From: an uncultured Ruminococcus sp.
Lineage (GTDB): Bacteria > Bacillota > Clostridia > CAKSNL01 > HGM11501
Reading direction: 5' to 3'
Assembly (NCBI GenBank): GCA_964603185.1
Contig: CAZRUB010000002.1
Location: 1 to 29,791 of the forward strand
Length of the DNA: 29,791 nt
This document shows, piece by piece, positions 24,657 through 29,791 of the stretch. The number at the start of each line of letters is the position of its first letter. Within the stretch, counting starts at the first letter, position 1. The notes below the pieces were generated by a model. That model saw nothing but the letters and a program-made list of their open reading frames with translations. It was not told the DNA's origin and made no database searches. The position numbers and the translations under genes were made by a program.

Positions 24657-26768
24657 ATGCCCATATCATCGGCTGAAAAGGAAAAGGAGCAGGAATATTT
24701 AGATCGTGTTATGCATGTGCTTATGCGGCATATCGATAAGGCGGCGGCAGTGCTTGCGGCGAACAAGGACGAGGTTAAGGAGCTTAACAAAACCATGATG
24801 GAGGACATCGGAAACGATGTGGAGTCCCTCGGGAAATTCGTGGACGCGTATTCTTATCTTGTTGAAATAGGAAGCCGCGCGGGCGCCATGCACAATTCGG
24901 AAATCGAATATGCAAGGCTTAACACGATGAAGGACACGCCGTACTTTGCGCGTATGGATTTTGCCTCGGGCGGCGGCAAGATGAAGATTTACATAGGAAC
25001 CGGCAGTCTTATGGATTCCGAAACCTTGGATTTTTATGTGTTTGACTGGAGAAGCCCCATAGCCGGAATGTATTACGACTACGAAATCGGCGAGGCCTCC
25101 TACACCTCGCCCGGAGGGACTGTTTCGGGCGAGGTAACGAAAAAGCGGCAGTTTAAAATATGGCGGGGCGAGCTTTTGGCCGCCTACGATACCTCCGTTG
25201 CCATAGGCGACGATATGCTTTCGGAGGCGCTTTCGAAAAGCGCGGATTCCAAAATGCAGTCCATTGTGTGCACCATTCAGCGTGAGCAGAACAGGATTAT
25301 AAGAAACCGCTCCGGCAGATGCTTAATTGCCTTCGGCCCGGCGGGAAGCGGGAAAACATCGGTTGCCATGCAGCGGGCGGCGTTTTTCCTTTATGCCTAC
25401 AGGGAGAGTCTTACAAGCGCGCAAATTATGATTTTTTCGCCGAACAACGTTTTCGGGGATTATATATCGGAGGTTTTGCCCCATTTGGGTGAGGTCGGAA
25501 TAAAAAGCATAACGCTTACGGATTATGCCGAAAGCGTGCTTGAGGATACGGTGAAGTTCAGCCCGTCCGGGGAGCTTTCGGATTTTGCCGTCAACCCCTT
25601 CGGGCTTCGCGAAAAAGCGGCACGCCTTAAGCTTTCCGAAGAGTTGAGAGGTGCACTGCATCGCAAGGTAGAGTATTTATCGGGCAACGCTCCCTACTTT
25701 TCGGACATGGTTTATGACGGAACACTTCTTATGAGCGGCTGTGAGATGGACAGGCTTTATACCGATGACTTTGCTTATCTTTCCGTACAGGGCAGGCTTA
25801 ACAAGCTTATGGCGCGAATTCGGGTATTTGCCAAGGAGGCTTACAAGAAAAAGCTTTCGGAGGCGGCAAGGCTTTTTGACAAAGCGGATGGTGAAGCGGC
25901 GGAGCGGCTTACCAAGCTTCGCTGGGAAATCAGGGAGACTTACCGTGAATTTTTGGAGCATGCCGAGCATGTGCTTTCAGCCGACCCCAAGGTGATTTAT
26001 CTTGATGTTTTAAGGTCGCTTGACCGAGAGGTTTACCTCTATACGAAGGAAAAGCTGGACTCGGGCACGGCGGACAGCGAGGATGCGGCACCGCTTTTAT
26101 ACATTTTTTCCTCCACAAGGGAAGTAAAGAGCGATATCAAATTTTTGATAGTTGATGAAGCGCAGGATTACACAATGCTGGCCTTGGACGCAATAAAGGG
26201 CTGCTTTAAAAATGCCGGGATAACCTTTTTGGGCGATACCAATCAAGCGGTCAACCCGCTCGCCCCGCTTGTTTCGGCAAAAGATATCGAGAGCGTTTTC
26301 CCGGGCGCGGAGGTGGAGCATTTAAGGAAAAGCTATCGCTCTACCGCGGAAATAAGCGAATTTTGCGGCAGGCTCTTAAAAATAGAAAGCAACGACTATA
26401 TGAAGCGCAGCGGTGAAAAGGTAACGATGAGTCGCCTGCATACCCGTGAGGATTACTTAAAGGCCTTGGTTTTGGAAACGGTCAAGCTGCGCGAAAAGGG
26501 GCTTACCACAGCGGTGATTTTTCCCACGGAGAGGGAATGCCGCGAGCTTTATGAAAAATACGGCCGAGCGGCCGGACTGCACCTTATAAAAAACGGCGAT
26601 ACGGATTTTAAGACCGGTAATGTGATAATTCCGGCTTATATGGCCAAGGGGCTGGAGTTTGACGCCGCTCTGATTCCGTATAACAGCTATGAGAGAGAGG
26701 ATTTAAGGCACATACTGTATACCGCCTGCACACGGGCACTGCATGTGCTGAGGCTTTACAGGTTTTAA
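24657..26768 (+). CDS. helD: HelD-family RNA polymerase recycling ATPase (UvrD-like)
   Basis: PYFARMDF, DWRSPIA..YYD, KRQF.I..G.L, IVCTIQREQN.IIR, GPAGSGKT, IVDEAQD, LGDTNQ, KSYRST, KGLEFD, LYTACTRA. Confidence 0.88.
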   Translation: MPISSAEKEKEQEYLDRVMHVLMRHIDKAAAVLAANKDEVKELNKTMMEDIGNDVESLGKFVDAYSYLVEIGSRAGAMHNSEIEYARLNTMKDTPYFARMDFASGGGKMKIYIGTGSLMDSETLDFYVFDWRSPIAGMYYDYEIGEASYTSPGGTVSGEVTKKRQFKIWRGELLAAYDTSVAIGDDMLSEALSKSADSKMQSIVCTIQREQNRIIRNRSGRCLIAFGPAGSGKTSVAMQRAAFFLYAYRESLTSAQIMIFSPNNVFGDYISEVLPHLGEVGIKSITLTDYAESVLEDTVKFSPSGELSDFAVNPFGLREKAARLKLSEELRGALHRKVEYLSGNAPYFSDMVYDGTLLMSGCEMDRLYTDDFAYLSVQGRLNKLMARIRVFAKEAYKKKLSEAARLFDKADGEAAERLTKLRWEIRETYREFLEHAEHVLSADPKVIYLDVLRSLDREVYLYTKEKLDSGTADSEDAAPLLYIFSSTREVKSDIKFLIVDEAQDYTMLALDAIKGCFKNAGITFLGDTNQAVNPLAPLVSAKDIESVFPGAEVEHLRKSYRSTAEISEFCGRLLKIESNDYMKRSGEKVTMSRLHTREDYLKALVLETVKLREKGLTTAVIFPTERECRELYEKYGRAAGLHLIKNGDTDFKTGNVIIPAYMAKGLEFDAALIPYNSYEREDLRHILYTACTRALHVLRLYRF

Positions 26769-26808
26769 TAATTGTCGGGGAAATTAATTTTAAGGATATG
26801 ATGAATTT

Positions 26809-28149
26809 ATGTTTTCAAAAAGTGTGAAAAAGGTTTTGGCGATTGTGCTTGCGGCGGCAATTTTACCCTCGTCGGCATTCGCCGCGACGGCGGAAAACCA
26901 AAGCATCCCGTCGTATCTTTCCGATTCGGTTACGTATGCGGAGGCGGAAGCGCTTTCCGGGGCGCTCGGGCTTATATTTTCCGAGAAAAACGGCGCGGTG
27001 CTTTTTACCGAAAATACCGAGGATCCCGTTGCGCTCTCCCTATCGTGCGAAACCCCGTTAACAGCGACGGTAATGTGCTTTGAAGGAGAGATAGGCAAGC
27101 TGGAGCTTAAAAAAACCTATACCGAGGCCTTGAGTTCTCCCGTAACAATGCATGACGGAAGGATTTATGTTCCGTTTCGTTATGTGGCCGAATTTTTCAA
27201 GGCACGCGTTTATTACGAAAACGGCGAGGCGCGCGCGGAGCGAACAAAATATTATTCTCCCGTGCTTATGAGGGTAAACGGCCGAGTGCGCGAAAGAGTT
27301 GATATGCCGGAGGGCTTTGAAAGCGCCGTGATAGCCGGCGACAGTCTTTTATATATAGTCGGGGACAAGCTTTACAAAAGAAGCCTGACCTCCGATGATG
27401 AGGATAAATATCTTTTCGGTGCGGGCAGGGCGCACGTATCCGGCGACAAGGTTTTCGTTTTTGCCGGAGGTGAGGTAAGCAGTGTGGATATAAACACGGG
27501 AAGAGCCGCGCTTTTGTGCAAGGATGTAACCATGGTAGGCTATACGGCGGATGATTATGCGTGGTGCGAAATGCAGGATAAAAGCGTTGTTTACGATAAA
27601 TACGGCAATTTTATCACCGCGGTCACGGGCGATTTTTACAATGCGTTTGACTATGCTGACGGATACGTTTACTACACGGATAAATCGGCGGCGCTTCTGA
27701 GAGCTAAGCCGAACGGCAAGGAAAGCGAGCTTCTTGCCAAGGCGGCCTATTATCCCGAGTATATAAAAGGATATATTTATTATATCGACAGTGCGGGAAA
27801 CTATCGCAGGGTGAGTGCGGACGGAAAAGACGATATAATGGTTTACGGGCTTAATCTTGAGATTGTTGCGGAAAAAGACGGCAAGCATATTTATAATTAT
27901 TTTTCGGCGGACGGCAAGCACAGGCTTTTCATATCGAATCCGGACGGAACGGATATGAAGCCCTATTCGGAGGAGGGCATGGCGTCCCTTACGAAGCCTA
28001 TGGAATATAAGGACGGCTGGGCCATTGTTTCATACGTTTATTCAAAGCCGTATTACGTGACGGAAAGCGGCGCACAAAAGCTTTCCGATGACGAGCCGGA
28101 CACGATTGCGGGCGTTCACGGTGAATGGTTTTATTATGTGCTTAAATAA
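26809..28149 (+). CDS. Secreted protein with copper-amine-oxidase-like N-terminal (stalk) domain and DUF5050-like beta-propeller repeats
   Basis: Signal peptide ending AFA; PVTMHDGRIYVPFRYVAEFFKARVYY stalk motif; repeats DGYVYYT, KGYIYYI..YRRVSADG, ISNPDG, GEWFYY. Confidence 0.75.
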   Translation: MFSKSVKKVLAIVLAAAILPSSAFAATAENQSIPSYLSDSVTYAEAEALSGALGLIFSEKNGAVLFTENTEDPVALSLSCETPLTATVMCFEGEIGKLELKKTYTEALSSPVTMHDGRIYVPFRYVAEFFKARVYYENGEARAERTKYYSPVLMRVNGRVRERVDMPEGFESAVIAGDSLLYIVGDKLYKRSLTSDDEDKYLFGAGRAHVSGDKVFVFAGGEVSSVDINTGRAALLCKDVTMVGYTADDYAWCEMQDKSVVYDKYGNFITAVTGDFYNAFDYADGYVYYTDKSAALLRAKPNGKESELLAKAAYYPEYIKGYIYYIDSAGNYRRVSADGKDDIMVYGLNLEIVAEKDGKHIYNYFSADGKHRLFISNPDGTDMKPYSEEGMASLTKPMEYKDGWAIVSYVYSKPYYVTESGAQKLSDDEPDTIAGVHGEWFYYVLK

Positions 28150-28172
28150 AAGGCGGGAAACCGCCTTTTATT
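28145..28172 (+). terminator. Intrinsic terminator after the stalk/beta-propeller gene
   Basis: AATAAAAGGCGG-gaaa-CCGCCTTTTATT followed by more T residues; GNRA loop. Confidence 0.9.
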
Positions 28173-28177
28173 TTTTT

Positions 28178-28206
28178 GAATAAAAAAAATTCGGCAGGTA
28201 ATAATA
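28178..28206 (+). promoter_or_regulatory. Possible forespore sigmaF-type promoter
   Basis: GAATA-14 bp-GGTAATAATA resembles G(Y/A)ATA-N15-GGnnAnAnTR but the spacer is 1 bp short; no sigmaA -35 seen. Confidence 0.35.
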
Positions 28207-28227
28207 TGAGGAAAAAGGAGAATTGCC

Positions 28228-28911
28228 ATGAAGAATTTTTTTACGCGTTATAAAAGCTATATAGCCGCGGGGCTTTCCTTTGCCGCCGCGCTTGCCGCAG
28301 GCTATATGCTTCAAATGAACGAAATAAAAAAAGCCGAAAAAAATGCCGACGAAGCGCAGGCGTTTATAACCGAGGGCGAAGCGGAGGATGTTTTACCGAA
28401 GGCAGCAGGGAATGAAGCGGAGCTTCCCGAGGCCTTTGAATTTTCTTCGGCACCGGAGCCGCCGGTGACCGCAGAGGAGCTTTCGCAAGGCGTTGCGGCA
28501 TTGGACACCCTTTCGTTTTCTATGCCGCTTTCGGGCGCCGTTATAAAATCGTTTTCGGAGCAGCCCCTTTATTCGGTTACGCTGGACGATTGGCGAAGCC
28601 ATGAGGCAATAGATATAGAGGCGGAGGAGGGCGACGCCGTTTACAGCGCGGAAAGGGGAACCGTTGCCGCGGTCGGAATAGATCCGCTTTTGGGGGTTTA
28701 TGTTCGTATAGACCACGGAAACGGAACCGAAAGCCTTTATGCGAATATGCATTCGGAAACCACCGTGCAGGAGGGGCAGGCGATAGAAAAGCACCACCAA
28801 ATAGGCTATGTGGGAAGCACATCGATTTCGGAGCAAGCCCAAAGAGCACATTTACATTTTGAAATCAAGGTCGACGGAGAAAGAAAGAATCCCGAAGGCT
28901 ATTTAAAATAG
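28228..28911 (+). CDS. Membrane-anchored M23/LytM-domain protein, SpoIIQ-like
   Basis: N-terminal TM, acidic linker, HEAID (HxxxD), IDHGNG..SLYANM, GYVGST, HLHFE (HxH), NP..YL. Confidence 0.8.
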   Translation: MKNFFTRYKSYIAAGLSFAAALAAGYMLQMNEIKKAEKNADEAQAFITEGEAEDVLPKAAGNEAELPEAFEFSSAPEPPVTAEELSQGVAALDTLSFSMPLSGAVIKSFSEQPLYSVTLDDWRSHEAIDIEAEEGDAVYSAERGTVAAVGIDPLLGVYVRIDHGNGTESLYANMHSETTVQEGQAIEKHHQIGYVGSTSISEQAQRAHLHFEIKVDGERKNPEGYLK

Positions 28912-29064
28912 CCGAAAAATAACGAGAAAAAATTCAGCAGGAAATTTATGTAAAATAAAAACGCATCGAAAAACAGTGTTTTTTTGAAACGAAAGCACGA
29001 AAAAGCGCATAAAAAGGCGATGAGTGAATTTTATGTTAAAATTTCGGGGGTTAAAATACCCAAT

Positions 29065-29095
29065 AAAAAAGCGCCGTTTATTCGGGCGCTTTTTT
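29065..29095. terminator. Intrinsic terminator upstream of the glmS promoter
   Basis: AAAAAAGCGCC-gtttattcg-GGCGCTTTTTT. Confidence 0.82.
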
Positions 29096-29124
29096 CGAGG
29101 TGGTAAAAAAATAAGCAAAAAAAC

Positions 29125-29153
29125 TTGCAATTTAAAACGACATGTGATAAAAT
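29125..29153 (+). promoter_or_regulatory. sigmaA promoter of glmS
   Basis: TTGCAA-17 bp-TAAAAT with extended -10 (TGaTAAAAT). Confidence 0.75.
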
Positions 29154-29189
29154 GAAGCTTGCAATAAATAAAAAAGAAAGGAAAAAATT

Positions 29190-29791
29190 ATGTGTGGAAT
29201 AGTAGGTTACATAGGTGAAAGGGAGGCGCTTCCCTTTTTGCTTTCCGGCCTTTCGAGGCTTGAATACAGAGGATATGATTCCGCGGGGATTGCGGTTATG
29301 CGTGACGGAGAGATAACGCTTGCGAAGAAGAAGGGCAAGCTTTCGTGTCTGGAGGAATATATAGATGCCGAAAAAATAAATGTCTCCGGATGCTTCGGAA
29401 TAGGGCACACCAGATGGGCAACCCACGGCGAGCCTTCGGACGAAAATTCCCATCCGCATATGTCGCAGAGCGGGCTTTTTACGGTGGTTCATAACGGAAT
29501 AATCGAAAACTATCTGGAGCTTAAGGAGGAGTTGTCATCCCAAGGGGTCGTGTTCAAGAGCGCAACGGATACGGAGGTTGTTGCCCAGCTTTTGGAAAAA
29601 AACTACAGCGGCGATTTTTTTGAAGCGGTTAAAAAAACAACCGAAATGCTTTCGGGCTCCTACGCCCTCGGAATAATGTGCAGGCAGTGCCCGAACACAA
29701 TGCTTGCCGTCAGAAAGGACAGTCCGCTGATTATCGGGCTGGGCATGGGCGAAAACTATATCGCAAGCGATATCCCCGCCATATTGGGCTA
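29190..29791 (+). CDS. glmS: Glutamine--fructose-6-phosphate aminotransferase, 5' part (runs off the window; not in the ORF track)
   Basis: Manual translation from ATG 29190: MCGIVGYIG..LEYRGYDSAG..GIGHTRWATHG..NSHPH..VVHNGIIENY..TDTEV..SPLIIG..ASD. Confidence 0.98.
   Translation, partial: MCGIVGYIGEREALPFLLSGLSRLEYRGYDSAGIAVMRDGEITLAKKKGKLSCLEEYIDAEKINVSGCFGIGHTRWATHGEPSDENSHPHMSQSGLFTVVHNGIIENYLELKEELSSQGVVFKSATDTEVVAQLLEKNYSGDFFEAVKKTTEMLSGSYALGIMCRQCPNTMLAVRKDSPLIIGLGMGENYIASDIPAILG

Noticed and set aside
1-29791. CRISPR arrays, rRNA, IS/transposases, prophage or defence genes, inteins in NrdD
   Set aside because: No regularly spaced repeats or matching protein motifs seen; NrdD has normal length and contiguous motifs.

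Overview
Chromosomal, mostly housekeeping region of a Clostridia-like Firmicute (about 50% GC coding, AT-rich intergenic DNA, consensus sigmaA promoters). Left to right: recG, fakA(yloV) and asp23(yloU) on the minus strand; an orphan FAD oxidoreductase; argC-argJ-argB-argD; a Crp/Fnr regulator divergent from nrdD-nrdG; dxs-tlyA-LUD-walR-walK-like; a secreted hypothetical protein with yycH and yycI; tRNA-Arg(CCG); argS-helD; a stalk/beta-propeller surface protein; a SpoIIQ-like M23 protein; and the 5' part of glmS (missing from the ORF track). No CRISPR, rRNA, transposase, integrase or phage gene was seen. The most interesting signals are regulatory. (1) The 164-bp crp/nrdD intergenic region holds a perfect 26-bp palindrome (TGTTGC-N4-GCAACA core) and two NrdR boxes that lie over the Crp/Fnr gene's transcription start and RBS rather than over the nrdD promoter, suggesting an NrdR -| Crp/Fnr -> nrdDG cascade. 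(2) A perfect WalR box sits on an internal promoter driving an uncharacterised secreted protein plus yycH-yycI, suggesting a feedback module. (3) The dxs operon has a structured leader of about 150 nt. Protein calls come from motif recognition by eye; no database searches were run, and all regulatory models are inferences.
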